A stretch of DNA of 64,000 nucleotides from Candidatus Saganbacteria bacterium (lineage in GTDB: Bacteria; Margulisbacteria; WOR-1; O2-12-FULL-45-9): the NCBI GenBank assembly GCA_016932255.1, contig JAFGDE010000009.1, positions 66,114 to 130,113 of the forward strand. The letters are read 5' to 3'. A program made the translations under genes and the position numbers. Position 1 is the stretch's first letter; each line of letters begins with the position of its first letter. Below the pieces are notes generated by a model. It was not told the origin of the DNA and did not search any database. It saw only the letters and a program-made list of their open reading frames with translations. Of this stretch, positions 46,431 through 56,382 are shown piece by piece.

Positions 46431-48976
46431 AAAAGTTGAAACAATTGCTGCGCTGGGATGATTCGCGTGTCTTTGATCTGGCGATCGAAGGACTTATCCT
46501 GGTCGTGATACTGCTCATGCCGACGATCTTTGACCGAAGGCTGGGCATTGTCTTTTCCGGCACCAAGACGGCTTGGATGCGAGCTTTTGGCGCGGTGATC
46601 CTGGGTATCTGGGCGATCAAGCTCATCGTGACCAAACAGCACAGGTTTTTCCGGACGCCGCTTGACTGGCCGGTGCTTTCTTTTCTCCTTTGCACTACGG
46701 TCGCTACGTTATCTTCGGTCCATGTCTATACCAGCATCGTGGGGTTTTACGGCCGTTACGAGGGCTTGACCAGCTGGTATCTCTTTGGTCTGTTCTTTTT
46801 TGTGGTCACGAATTACATCCGTTCCTTTAACCAGCTCAAACGGGCGGCTATGATGGTCATCCCGGCGGCAACATTAATGGCGGTCTATTCAGTGCTCCAG
46901 CGCCACGCGCTCGATCCTTACATGTGGGGTGGGGTAGTCACCTGGCAGCGGGTCATCGGCACGATCGGCCAGCCCAACTTCCTGGCTGCATATATGCTGA
47001 TGGCTTTCTTTATCAATTTGGCTTTGATCATGATGAGAAAAGAAGCACGGCCTAAGGCTGCCTGGCATGACGGTGTTTTCCCGCTGGGCTGTTTTGCCTT
47101 TTCCCAGCTGACCTTCATTGCTATGATCTATAATCTTGAGGCGTATAACATTCTACTCTGGTATCTTGGTTTTACGATCTATACAGTGACTTCGCTGTTG
47201 TTCGTCTATACCTATGAACAACTGCCGCCCAGGGCGCTCAATCTTTTATTGGGCTTTACTCTACTGATAAATTATATTTCGATCCTCTACACCCAGAGCC
47301 GCGGAGGGTATCTTGGCCTGTTCACCGGACTGGTCCTTTTTCTCGGCCTGGCCGGCCGCGATTGGATATTTATTAATCGGCGAAAACTGCTGGCGGTAGG
47401 CGCGCTGATCCTGCTGATCTCCGGCGTGACCATGTCCCGGCCGGAATATTCCCCGTTCGCCCGCTTTGCCTCTGAGATCAAGACAGAACAGGTCGATGAG
47501 GAGCAAAAGGTTGAGGAGCAGCCGGCTGAAGGCGCGGCGGAAGAGAAAGAAAGCAAGCTTGTTCTGGAGGGCGCTGCGGGATCGCGCGGTGAGACCTGGA
47601 AATCGGCCTTTTGCATAGTCGCTGATTATCCGGTCTTTGGCATCGGCCCGGAAGTGCTTAAAATGGTCTTTCCCCGCTATGAAACAGACCTGTTCCGTTT
47701 TAAGGAAACATTTCATGTCAAGCAGGACCGCTGTCACAATGAGACCTTTGATGTCCCTGTGACCAAGGGTCTGCTGGCATTTTTTGTCTTTGTTTGGCTC
47801 TTGTTTACGCTGTTCAAGGTCGGCTGGCGCAAAAACAGCAGCTTGACGGGCAATGAGCGTAGCCTCTTGGTCGGCCTGCTCGGCGCGGCCTTGGCGTTCA
47901 TCATCCAGAACCAGTTCAGTTTTGGGGTCGTGGCGATCACTTCTCTGTTCTGGATGATCTGGGCTATGGTCATGGTCGTTGGTGAACGAGAAGAATCTCA
48001 AAAAACAGTTAACGTCAAATGGTCTGATCTGCCTTGGTTCCAGGTGGCGGCGGTCCTTGCCCTAGTTTGTTTAATGATCTATGTTTCTTTCTTTTCCTTC
48101 CGCGGCGATGTCTGGTTTAAATCAGGTAAAACTCAGATGCAGGTCCGGCGCTTTGATCAGGCGGTCGCTGATCTGAACAGGTCGCTTGATGTCTTTCCTT
48201 TTGAAGGGGGTACGGTTTCCCATTTAGGCATCTGTTATCTTAATCTCAGTAATATGAAACCGGAAGAGAGGATGAAGAATGTCGGCGAAGCGCTCAGGAT
48301 CTTCACCTATGGTACGGAGATCGACCCTTATAACGCTGATAATTTCTATCTCCTGAGCAAGATATTATTTTCTATGAACGATCTGGCCAGAGCCAAAGAG
48401 AAGGCGGATATAGCGATTAAAATAGACCCGTACTATGCTGAGGTCTACCACTTAAGGGGGCTGCTCTACGAACGTTTAGGCCAGAATGACCTGGCAGCGT
48501 CCGATTATCAAAAAGCTTTTATGATCAATCCCGGCCTGAGCGAGCCGATGCATAATCTTATTCTGCTAAATCGGCGTCTGAACAAAGAATCGGCCAGTCT
48601 TGCTGTTTTTGATCAGGCACTCAAACGTTATGGTGATCACCCCAGTATTTTGGAAACTGCCACCAAGTTGTATCTGCAGGCCGGCAGGATCGATCAAGCC
48701 AAGGCTACAGCTGCCCGGATGCTCAAGGTCTCACCAAAGTATCTGCCGGGTTATGTGCTGCGCGCAGCAGTGGCGATGCAGGAGGGACGACTGGAGGATG
48801 CTTACGCCGATCTGCAGCAGGTCTTAATGGACGATCCCAAGAATGTCAGCGCGCGCCTGGAGCTGGGCCGGCTTTACCTGATGAAAGGGCAAAGAGCCAG
48901 AGCCAGGCAGGAATTCGAACAAGTGCTGCGGCTTGACCCGAACAATGTTTTTGCCAGGCAGCTGCTGCAGCGGTAG
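46427..48976 (+). CDS. O-antigen ligase-like polytopic membrane protein fused to C-terminal TPR repeats
   Basis: 849 aa. About 12 TM helices with a Wzy_C-like loop (YTQSRGGYLG), followed by multiple TPR units in the last roughly 300 aa. Confidence 0.8.
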   Translation: MKKLKQLLRWDDSRVFDLAIEGLILVVILLMPTIFDRRLGIVFSGTKTAWMRAFGAVILGIWAIKLIVTKQHRFFRTPLDWPVLSFLLCTTVATLSSVHVYTSIVGFYGRYEGLTSWYLFGLFFFVVTNYIRSFNQLKRAAMMVIPAATLMAVYSVLQRHALDPYMWGGVVTWQRVIGTIGQPNFLAAYMLMAFFINLALIMMRKEARPKAAWHDGVFPLGCFAFSQLTFIAMIYNLEAYNILLWYLGFTIYTVTSLLFVYTYEQLPPRALNLLLGFTLLINYISILYTQSRGGYLGLFTGLVLFLGLAGRDWIFINRRKLLAVGALILLISGVTMSRPEYSPFARFASEIKTEQVDEEQKVEEQPAEGAAEEKESKLVLEGAAGSRGETWKSAFCIVADYPVFGIGPEVLKMVFPRYETDLFRFKETFHVKQDRCHNETFDVPVTKGLLAFFVFVWLLFTLFKVGWRKNSSLTGNERSLLVGLLGAALAFIIQNQFSFGVVAITSLFWMIWAMVMVVGEREESQKTVNVKWSDLPWFQVAAVLALVCLMIYVSFFSFRGDVWFKSGKTQMQVRRFDQAVADLNRSLDVFPFEGGTVSHLGICYLNLSNMKPEERMKNVGEALRIFTYGTEIDPYNADNFYLLSKILFSMNDLARAKEKADIAIKIDPYYAEVYHLRGLLYERLGQNDLAASDYQKAFMINPGLSEPMHNLILLNRRLNKESASLAVFDQALKRYGDHPSILETATKLYLQAGRIDQAKATAARMLKVSPKYLPGYVLRAAVAMQEGRLEDAYADLQQVLMDDPKNVSARLELGRLYLMKGQRARARQEFEQVLRLDPNNVFARQLLQR

Positions 48977-48984
48977 ATAAAACA

Positions 48985-50376
48985 ATGATAAAATTCATTC
49001 TGGACGCGGTCTTTATCGTTGTTTCTTTTATTCTGGCCTATTTCTTCAGGTTCAGGATACTATTATTTGTTTCTCCGCCCGGTACACCGGTATTGGACCA
49101 GTACGTGGAAGTCCTGATCTTTATTATGCTGATCTGGCTGGCCCTCTTCAAGCTGATCGGTCTTTATGAAGAGAAGCGGTTCTCTTCGCTGATCGATGAA
49201 TTAGCCTTGGTCTTCCTGGGAGTTTCCCTGGCCACGCTGGTCATGCTCGGCATGCTCTTCCTTTACCGCGAATTCTGGTTCTCGCGGCTGGTCGTGGTCA
49301 ATGCCTGGTGGATCGCCTTCTTTATCCTGGCGGTCGTCCGGATCGTGCTCTTTACCATTAAACGGAGACTGCGTCTGAGAGGCTGGGGAATAAGGAACGC
49401 TCTGATCCTGGGCGCAGGCGAAATGGGCCAGGTGCTGGCAGCCAAGATCTCCCAGGACCGGACCCTGGGTTATCGGATCCTTGGTTTTCTCGATGATGAT
49501 CAGGCCAAGCGTGGCAAGACCTACTATGACGTCCGTGTGCTGGCCGAGGTCGCTGCGGTCAGCCGGTTGATCAAGGAGCTCAAGATCGAGGAGGTCATTA
49601 TCGCCAGCTCTAAGTTCCCGGCCCAGAAGGTCCTTGATATCATCACGGAGTGCGAGCGTTACGGGATCGAGTTCAAGCTCGTGCCAGGCATCCTGGAGTT
49701 GATCGCTTCGCGGGTCGATTCCGATGAGCTGGGCGGCATTCCCCTGCTGACCGTTTCAGAGATCCAGCTCAAAGGTTTTAATGCGCTGGTCAAGCGCGCC
49801 ACCGATATTCTTCTGTCAGTGCTTTGCTTGATCATATTAAGCCCACTCTTGCTCATTTTCGCTTTGCTGGTGAAAGTCACTTCTGCCGGTCCGGCATTCA
49901 TTTTTCAGGACCGAGTCGGACTTGATGGTAAGACCTTTAAAATGTTCAAGTTCCGCTCCATGGTGGAGAATGCCGAGGCCCTCTTCCCCGAACTGGCGCC
50001 TCTGTCTGAAACGGAAGGTAATATTTTTAAGATGAAGAATGATCCCAGGATCACGCCTTTGGGTAAATTTATGCGGCGCCGGAGCATAGATGAATTGCCG
50101 CAATTGCTCAATGTTGTGTTCGGGCAGATGAGCATGGTCGGTCCCAGGCCGCCCTTGCCCCGTGAGGTTGTGAAATATACTTCCTGGCACATGAAACGGC
50201 TGCGCGTGCGGCCGGGCATTACCGGCCCCTGGCAGGTCTCCGGCAGGTCCCTGCTGCCGTTTGAAGAAATGGTCAGACTGGATATCCACTATATCGAGAA
50301 CTGGTCGCTCTGGCTCGACCTGAAGATCCTGCTCAGGACGGTCCCGGTAGTTGTTTTTGGCCAGGGAGCTTACTGA
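48985..50376 (+). CDS. polyprenyl glycosylphosphotransferase (bacterial sugar transferase, WbaP-like)
   Basis: 463 aa. N-terminal TM bundle, a central Rossmann-like region, and a C-terminal Bac_transf domain (KFRSM...DELPQL.NV..G.MS.VGPRP). Confidence 0.88.
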   Translation: MIKFILDAVFIVVSFILAYFFRFRILLFVSPPGTPVLDQYVEVLIFIMLIWLALFKLIGLYEEKRFSSLIDELALVFLGVSLATLVMLGMLFLYREFWFSRLVVVNAWWIAFFILAVVRIVLFTIKRRLRLRGWGIRNALILGAGEMGQVLAAKISQDRTLGYRILGFLDDDQAKRGKTYYDVRVLAEVAAVSRLIKELKIEEVIIASSKFPAQKVLDIITECERYGIEFKLVPGILELIASRVDSDELGGIPLLTVSEIQLKGFNALVKRATDILLSVLCLIILSPLLLIFALLVKVTSAGPAFIFQDRVGLDGKTFKMFKFRSMVENAEALFPELAPLSETEGNIFKMKNDPRITPLGKFMRRRSIDELPQLLNVVFGQMSMVGPRPPLPREVVKYTSWHMKRLRVRPGITGPWQVSGRSLLPFEEMVRLDIHYIENWSLWLDLKILLRTVPVVVFGQGAY

Positions 50377-53018
50377 CAGACCACGATCTTGCCCCGCCTG
50401 GTCTCTGTCCTGCTGCTGTTCTGAGCGGAGAAGAAAAAGGGATAAATGCCGTTGCTGACCGTCCGGCCGAATTGGTCGATCCCGTTCCAGGCCGTGACCT
50501 GACTGCCGCTGATATTGTTCTGTTTGCTGATCCAGATCAGTGTTCCTGTCAGGTCGTATATCCTTATGGTCACATCGGCAGGCTGGACCAGGGAATAGCT
50601 GAAGACCATGCCTTTGCCCTGGTCGGAAAAAGCCCCGGCCAGTTGCTGGCGGGGCGAAAATGGGTTGGGGCCGTGGACCAGCCCGCCGATCAGGCTGTCG
50701 CAAGATGCGGCCGAAGCAAAGGTCCTGAGCGTAGCCTGGGCCAGGTTGCCGGCTTTATCGGCTGCTTCCAGCCTGATCTCATTATTGCCGCTGACCAGAT
50801 CGATATCGGTCGAGAAATAGCTGCCGTTCAACTCGAAATCCTTGATCTTCTTATTGTTCAGGTAAATGGCTAATGAGGCCGGATTAAGGTCATTGACCAG
50901 GCCTGTGATGACCAGCTTTTCCTGGTGGGTCTGCGGTTCACAACTGCTCGTTATGGTCAGCATGGGGGAGGTATGGTCATAGACCAGGGTAAAGATAGTT
51001 GCAGCAGCGGTGTTGCCGACCAGGTCGCGCGGCGCGACCTTAACTTCATAGGTGCCTTCCAGCACCAATTGCTTGCACGACAGTATCAGCTGGTCGTTTT
51101 CCTCGCTGGCTTCGCTTTCAAGGGTCAGGCCGTTTATCTCGATCAGGGTCCCGCACAGGTCCAGGCCGGCGCCGCTGTCGGTGAGCGGCAGGCTGATCCG
51201 CTCGGCCTGGCTGGCATAACAATTGCCGTCGGCAGCAAGTTGCAGTTCCGGCGGTGAACGGTCAATCTTCAGGGCCAGACAGGTCGAGCCTGTGTTGCCG
51301 GCCTGATCCGTTAATTTAATGGTCAGGCAATTGCTGCCTTCTACCAGATCTTCGGCCAGCTGCAAGAAACCGTAAAGGCTTTTCAGCTCGGCATCGTAGG
51401 CCAGAACAGCCTCGACCGCTGCGCCATTCAGCTCAAGTTCAGCCGGGCAGCCGTCGGCCAGATCGTTCTGCAGGTCAAAGATAGAGGCTTCGATAACGAC
51501 GACCGAACCGGCCGCGAACCAGGAATCCGCTGCTGGAGAGATGACCTGGATCTCAGGAGAAGCTGCGTTATAAAAGACCTCTTTGGTTATCAAGGAGAAA
51601 TTACCTGCTTCATCGCTGGCCATAATGGTAAAGATGTTATTGCCGGCTTCCAAAGTGATCTTTGCTGTAAAACTATTATCCGCCTCCCAGGAAATGGCCG
51701 TGCTGTTGAGGGAGAGGCTGATCGGCGTTTCGTTCAATTTGCCGCTTAGACTGGCCTGGTCAATACTGCGGACCGCTTCCCAGGAAATGAGACCGGGCGC
51801 GGTCCTGTCAACAGTGAAGGCCAGCGCTTGGCTGGTTTGGCTTTGCCGCAGGCCATCTGTTGCCTTTGCCCGGATGAAATATCGGTTCTCCGGCACATCA
51901 TCCGGCAGCGGCACAGGGATCGTTGCGCCTGTTCCCGCAGTAGCGACAAGGGTCAGGCTCTGGGTGCTGCCGGTGTTGAAAGAACTGTTGGTTGACAGCT
52001 CGAATTCACACGACAGCGGACGATCGCCGGGCAGATCGGCGCTCGGAACCCGGCCTTGGAGCTTAGGCGCGGCCAGTTCCGGGAGGATCAATTCCGTTAA
52101 TAGCACAGTGTCGCTGAAGGTTGCCGCATACCAGCGGCCATTTTTTTGCCCCAGGGCATAGACAACCTGGTCTATATTTAGCAGCTGGGGCTGGCTGAAA
52201 TTCTCTCCTTTATCCGGAGAAGCTGAATAATATGAAGCATAACGACCGTTGTATTCGTTATGCCAGAGGATCAGCAGACTGCCTGGTGCCGGCTGCTGCA
52301 GCCTCAGGCCGGCGATCTCATCCTGGGAAACCGCCAGGCTGTTAGCTGACCGCGTTGTCACATTGGTCAACAGTTCCGGCGACCAGGCGAGGGACCTGAT
52401 CTGCCTGATGCTGCCCAGGGCAGCACTGCTGATAAAGCATAACTGGACCCTGCCGTCCGGATCGAGTTGTAGCCTTGGTGAACTGAGGCTTTCGTCTGTC
52501 AAGTTGACGGTCAGCTGGTGCGTGAAAGTCCTGCTCTGGTCCAGGCTGGCTTGCAAATGGATCTCCTGCCCGGATTGCCAGGCAACAGCGATCCTGTTGT
52601 CGAGCACTGCCACGGCCGGATCGCGGCCCGTATCTGATATCAGCAGGGCAGGGCTGAAAGAGCGGCCATTGTCAATTGAACCGGCCAGAAAGATACCCGG
52701 CTGGCCTTTGAGGGAATAGACCAGATAGGCTTGCTGGCCTGAACTTGAAACGTCAAATGATTCCGGAGAACCGCTGAAACTAAAACTGGTCTGGGCAAAG
52801 CCGGTGCCTGGATCCAAATGTTGCAAACTAACGGCCGGGCATTCGCCGGATGAGGTCGAGAGCCAATAAGCCTCTGTCTGTCCCCATTCATCCATATCGA
52901 TCAAGGCCGGGACAGCTGCTGTGGCTGTTGCGGCTAAGCACACCACTACTGCTAGCGATAAAGATATTTTACCGATAGTCATCCGCTTGAATTCTAGCAT
53001 GGCCTCGCGATAAATCAA
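50370..53018 (-). CDS. large secreted protein: Asp-box (BNR-like) region + Ig-like repeats + FlgD-Ig/T9SS-type C-terminal domain
   Basis: 882 aa. Signal peptide, Asp-box-like SIDNGRSF and SLDQSRTF, and a C-terminus NPFSP...VTIRIYDLTGTLI...WNGIDQFGRTVSNGIYPF...RGKIVV. The start codon is uncertain (TTG at 53018 or ATG at 52982). Confidence 0.65.
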   Translation of the reverse strand: MIYREAMLEFKRMTIGKISLSLAVVVCLAATATAAVPALIDMDEWGQTEAYWLSTSSGECPAVSLQHLDPGTGFAQTSFSFSGSPESFDVSSSGQQAYLVYSLKGQPGIFLAGSIDNGRSFSPALLISDTGRDPAVAVLDNRIAVAWQSGQEIHLQASLDQSRTFTHQLTVNLTDESLSSPRLQLDPDGRVQLCFISSAALGSIRQIRSLAWSPELLTNVTTRSANSLAVSQDEIAGLRLQQPAPGSLLILWHNEYNGRYASYYSASPDKGENFSQPQLLNIDQVVYALGQKNGRWYAATFSDTVLLTELILPELAAPKLQGRVPSADLPGDRPLSCEFELSTNSSFNTGSTQSLTLVATAGTGATIPVPLPDDVPENRYFIRAKATDGLRQSQTSQALAFTVDRTAPGLISWEAVRSIDQASLSGKLNETPISLSLNSTAISWEADNSFTAKITLEAGNNIFTIMASDEAGNFSLITKEVFYNAASPEIQVISPAADSWFAAGSVVVIEASIFDLQNDLADGCPAELELNGAAVEAVLAYDAELKSLYGFLQLAEDLVEGSNCLTIKLTDQAGNTGSTCLALKIDRSPPELQLAADGNCYASQAERISLPLTDSGAGLDLCGTLIEINGLTLESEASEENDQLILSCKQLVLEGTYEVKVAPRDLVGNTAAATIFTLVYDHTSPMLTITSSCEPQTHQEKLVITGLVNDLNPASLAIYLNNKKIKDFELNGSYFSTDIDLVSGNNEIRLEAADKAGNLAQATLRTFASAASCDSLIGGLVHGPNPFSPRQQLAGAFSDQGKGMVFSYSLVQPADVTIRIYDLTGTLIWISKQNNISGSQVTAWNGIDQFGRTVSNGIYPFFFSAQNSSRTETRRGKIVVCQ

Positions 53019-53081
53019 GCCCGGAAACGCTCCGACCGGCTTTACGGGCGGAGCATTATCGGCTATAATTAAAGGTCAGCC

Positions 53082-54224
53082 ATGAAGGGTGCCAATAAAA
53101 AGATAATCATAGTTGGGGCGGGGCCGGTCGGCTGTTATCTGGGCCAGTTGTTGAAACAGCAGGGTTTTGATCCATTGCTCCTGGAAGAGCATGCTGAGAT
53201 CGGCCGGCCTGTTCAGTGCGCCGGCATTGTCGGCCGGGGGATATTCGAGGAGACCAGGTTCCCGATCTCTCAAAAGTCCATTCAGAATACGATCGACGGT
53301 TCGCATGTGCACTTCAATGGTTCCTCCTTTGTTCTCAACCGCGGCCGGGTCGCTTATATCATTGATCGCGCTGTCTTTGATCAGGAGCTGAGCAAGGGGT
53401 TGCGCGTTGAGTTCAATACCCATGTTCAGCAGGTCAGCCAGATCAAGTCAGGCTTTATCCTCAAGACCAATAACGGGGAATATTATGCCGATCTGGTCAT
53501 CGGGGCTGACGGGCCGAACTCCCGCGTCAGAAAATCGCTGGAATTCTCTTCCGACATGAAACTATACCGCGGCTACCAGTACCGGATCAAGCTGGAACCC
53601 AGACATCAGAACATGGTCGAGGTCCATTATGTCAAGCCGTTCTCGCTGTTCACCTGGGTCATTCCCGAGGGCAATGGCACGGTCAGGATCGGCACGATCT
53701 CGCCGAACCCGTATCAGGAACTTAACGGTTTTATTGAGAAGATAGGGTATAAGGGCGAGGTACTTGAAAAGAATGCCGGCGCTATCCCGATCGGTACCTG
53801 CCAGCTGGTCAAAGGCCAGGCGGCGCTGGTAGGAGACGCGGCCTGCCAGATCAAACCGATCACTTCCGGAGGAATTTATTACGGCATCAAGTCCGCAGAG
53901 CTGCTGGCTGAAGCGATCAAAGAGAACGATCTGGGACTTTATGACCGCCGCTGGAAAGAGGAATTCGAGCAGGAGATCAGGATCTGTCTGCTGACCCGTA
54001 ATGTGCTGGAGAATATGGATGATAATGTCTTGAAAAAGGTCTTCACTTATGTTAAGGACAATGCCACGCTGATAGAGAAGATCGGCGATTTTGAGAACCA
54101 TTCTTCGATCCTCTGGAGCCTGGTCTTTAATCCCAGGACCTACCCGACGATCGGTTCGCTGCTTATGGGCATGGCCAAAAATCCGAAGTTCATCCTGCGC
54201 TCCCTGCTGAGGTCGCCGCGCTGA
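53082..54224 (+). CDS. geranylgeranyl reductase family FAD-dependent oxidoreductase
   Basis: 380 aa. IIIVGAGPVGC dinucleotide-binding motif, GADG.NS.VR and GDAA motifs. Confidence 0.8.
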   Translation: MKGANKKIIIVGAGPVGCYLGQLLKQQGFDPLLLEEHAEIGRPVQCAGIVGRGIFEETRFPISQKSIQNTIDGSHVHFNGSSFVLNRGRVAYIIDRAVFDQELSKGLRVEFNTHVQQVSQIKSGFILKTNNGEYYADLVIGADGPNSRVRKSLEFSSDMKLYRGYQYRIKLEPRHQNMVEVHYVKPFSLFTWVIPEGNGTVRIGTISPNPYQELNGFIEKIGYKGEVLEKNAGAIPIGTCQLVKGQAALVGDAACQIKPITSGGIYYGIKSAELLAEAIKENDLGLYDRRWKEEFEQEIRICLLTRNVLENMDDNVLKKVFTYVKDNATLIEKIGDFENHSSILWSLVFNPRTYPTIGSLLMGMAKNPKFILRSLLRSPR

Positions 54225-54226
54225 AA

Positions 54227-54823
54227 ATGAGACGCTGCGGTCTGGCCCTCCTTCTGGCTGGCTTGGTTCTCCTGGGGGCATGCCTGTTATATCCTTTTAT
54301 TCTTGAGTCGGCTGCCAGCTGGCTGATCGTGCGCCATGATCTTGCGCCTGTTGACTGCATCATCGTGTTGGGCGGCGATAATAATGGTGAACGCGTCAGG
54401 GAAGCGGCTGGGCTTTACCATCAGGAATACGCGCCAAAGGTCTTGCTCTCGGGCGGGCCGCTGGCCTGGGAGCTGTCAGCGGCTGATTGGATGAAAAAAC
54501 AGGCCCTCACGCTTGGCGTTCCCTCACGTGATATCCTGCTGGAAAAGGAGTCTGAATCAACGATCGGCAACGCGCTCTTCAGTTTACAGGCCGTCAAAAA
54601 GATCAAGGCCGGTTCAGTCATCCTGGTCACATCACCGACACATAGCCGCCGGGCCTACAGGGTTTTCAACAAGGTCTTTGGCAGGGAAGGGATAAAAGTG
54701 ATCTCCTGGCCGGCGCGGGAGCCTAAGTTCAGGCTTGAGCGCTGGTGGACCAGGCATGAGGACAGTCAGCAAGTGCTCTGGGAATACGCTGCCCTGGTCT
54801 TTTATCGATTGAAGCTATACTGA
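54227..54823 (+). CDS. YdcF/ElyC family (DUF218) protein
   Basis: 198 aa. N-terminal TM, IIVLGG and VTSPTHSRRA segments of DUF218. Confidence 0.78.
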   Translation: MRRCGLALLLAGLVLLGACLLYPFILESAASWLIVRHDLAPVDCIIVLGGDNNGERVREAAGLYHQEYAPKVLLSGGPLAWELSAADWMKKQALTLGVPSRDILLEKESESTIGNALFSLQAVKKIKAGSVILVTSPTHSRRAYRVFNKVFGREGIKVISWPAREPKFRLERWWTRHEDSQQVLWEYAALVFYRLKLY

Positions 54824-54839
54824 TGTCCCGGGTCTATGT

Positions 54840-54845
54840 TATAAT
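54840..54845 (+). promoter_or_regulatory. extended -10 box (TGtTATAAT)
   Basis: ctaTGTTATAATgacc, followed by an AGAGGGG Shine-Dalgarno sequence and the TTG start at 54869. Confidence 0.4.
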
Positions 54846-54868
54846 GACCGCGATAGAGGGGTGTTCTA

Positions 54869-55894
54869 TTGGCTAAAGATATCGTTCTGGTGACCGGCGG
54901 TGCCGGCTATATTGGTTCTGTTTTAGTCAAAAAACTCCTGGAAAAAGGGGAAAAAGTCAGGGTTGTTGATAAGCTTTACTTTGGCGACTCAGCCCTGGCT
55001 GATATTCGCGGCAAGATCGAGCTTAAGGCCGGGGATGTGCGTCAGTTCGATCCGGATCTCTTAGACGGTGTCAAGTGCGTCATGCACCTTGGCTCGCTCT
55101 CCAACGATCCGACAGCGGAATTCGACCCGAAAGCCAATAAGGAGATCAATTTTGAAGGCACGATGAGGGTGGCTGAAGCCTGCAAGAGAAAAGGCGTTAA
55201 AAAGTTCACTTTTGCTTCTTCCTGCGCTATATACGGGTTTCATGTTGACGATATTGCCGACGAAGATCATTCGACCAACCCCCAATCCGAGTATTCCCAG
55301 AGCAAGCTGGACGCGGAGAACGGCTTGCGTTCACTGGTCAGCGCTGCTTTTTGCCCGGTCATGCTCAGGCAGGCGACTGTTTTTGGCTTTTCCAACAGAA
55401 TGCGCTGGGACCTGGTGGCTAATACCATGACCAAGGATGCCTTTGCCAGCGACCGTATACACGTCTACTGCGCCGGTGACAACTGGCGGCCGCTGGTGGA
55501 CGTCAATGACGTAGCAGAAGCGCATATTGCTATGATGCAAGCTCCTGATGATAAGGTCAAAGGCCAGGTCTTTAACCTGGTGCACAAGAACTATCGTATC
55601 CTTGAACTGGGCCATTGGATCGCAGAGATCATTAAGCCGAAGCAGAAAATTGAGGTCAATGTCCTTTTTGGCTCAAAAGAATCCCGCAGTTACCGGGTAG
55701 CGGGAGACAAGATCAGCCAGGTCACCGGGTTCGAACCTAAAGTCACTGTTGAGGATGCTGTTAGATCGATCTGGCAGGTCCTGCATTCAGGCCGCTACAC
55801 TGATTTCACCAATCCTATTTATTACAATATCGAGTGGATGAAACTGCTTGTCGACATGGAGCAGAAACTAAAGCTGATCGGAAAGGTCTTTTAA
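54869..55894 (+). CDS. NAD-dependent epimerase/dehydratase (extended SDR)
   Basis: 341 aa with a TTG start. GGAGYIGS motif and the YSQSK catalytic YxxxK. Confidence 0.85.
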   Translation: MAKDIVLVTGGAGYIGSVLVKKLLEKGEKVRVVDKLYFGDSALADIRGKIELKAGDVRQFDPDLLDGVKCVMHLGSLSNDPTAEFDPKANKEINFEGTMRVAEACKRKGVKKFTFASSCAIYGFHVDDIADEDHSTNPQSEYSQSKLDAENGLRSLVSAAFCPVMLRQATVFGFSNRMRWDLVANTMTKDAFASDRIHVYCAGDNWRPLVDVNDVAEAHIAMMQAPDDKVKGQVFNLVHKNYRILELGHWIAEIIKPKQKIEVNVLFGSKESRSYRVAGDKISQVTGFEPKVTVEDAVRSIWQVLHSGRYTDFTNPIYYNIEWMKLLVDMEQKLKLIGKVF

Positions 55895-56370
55895 TGCGTG
55901 TCGGTTACGGTTACGATGTGCATCGGCTGGTCAAAGGCAGGCCTTTTATCCTGGCCGGCGTGGATATCCCGCACAAGACCGGCCTGCTTGGCTGGTCGGA
56001 CGGCGATGTGCTGGTCCATGCCATCATTGACGCGTTGCTTGGCGCGGCCGGGGAAGGTGATATTGGCAGCCATTTTCCGCCCGGTGATGAAAAATATAAA
56101 GGCATTGCCAGCCTGAAACTGCTGGAGTTCGTTCGCGAGCTATTGCGCAACCGCGGTTGGGCGATAAATAATATCGATTCAACCATCGTGCTGGAAGAAC
56201 CGAGGCTTGCCCAGCATGTCGCAAAGATCAAGGCCAATATTGCCAGCACGCTCCAGATCAGACTTGAGCTGGTCAGCGTAAAGGCAAAGACAGAGGAAGG
56301 CCTTGGTTTTACCGGCAAAAGTCAGGGTGTGGCAGCTCACGCCGTTTGTCTGATCCATAAAGAGGTCTGA
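55894..56370 (+). CDS. ispF: 2-C-methyl-D-erythritol 2,4-cyclodiphosphate synthase
   Basis: MRVGYGYDVHRL..., SDGDVLVHA and GDIG.HFP motifs. I chose the ATG at 55894 because it overlaps the upstream stop (TAATG). Confidence 0.92.
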   Translation: MRVGYGYDVHRLVKGRPFILAGVDIPHKTGLLGWSDGDVLVHAIIDALLGAAGEGDIGSHFPPGDEKYKGIASLKLLEFVRELLRNRGWAINNIDSTIVLEEPRLAQHVAKIKANIASTLQIRLELVSVKAKTEEGLGFTGKSQGVAAHAVCLIHKEV

Positions 56371-56382
56371 AGGGAGTTATTC

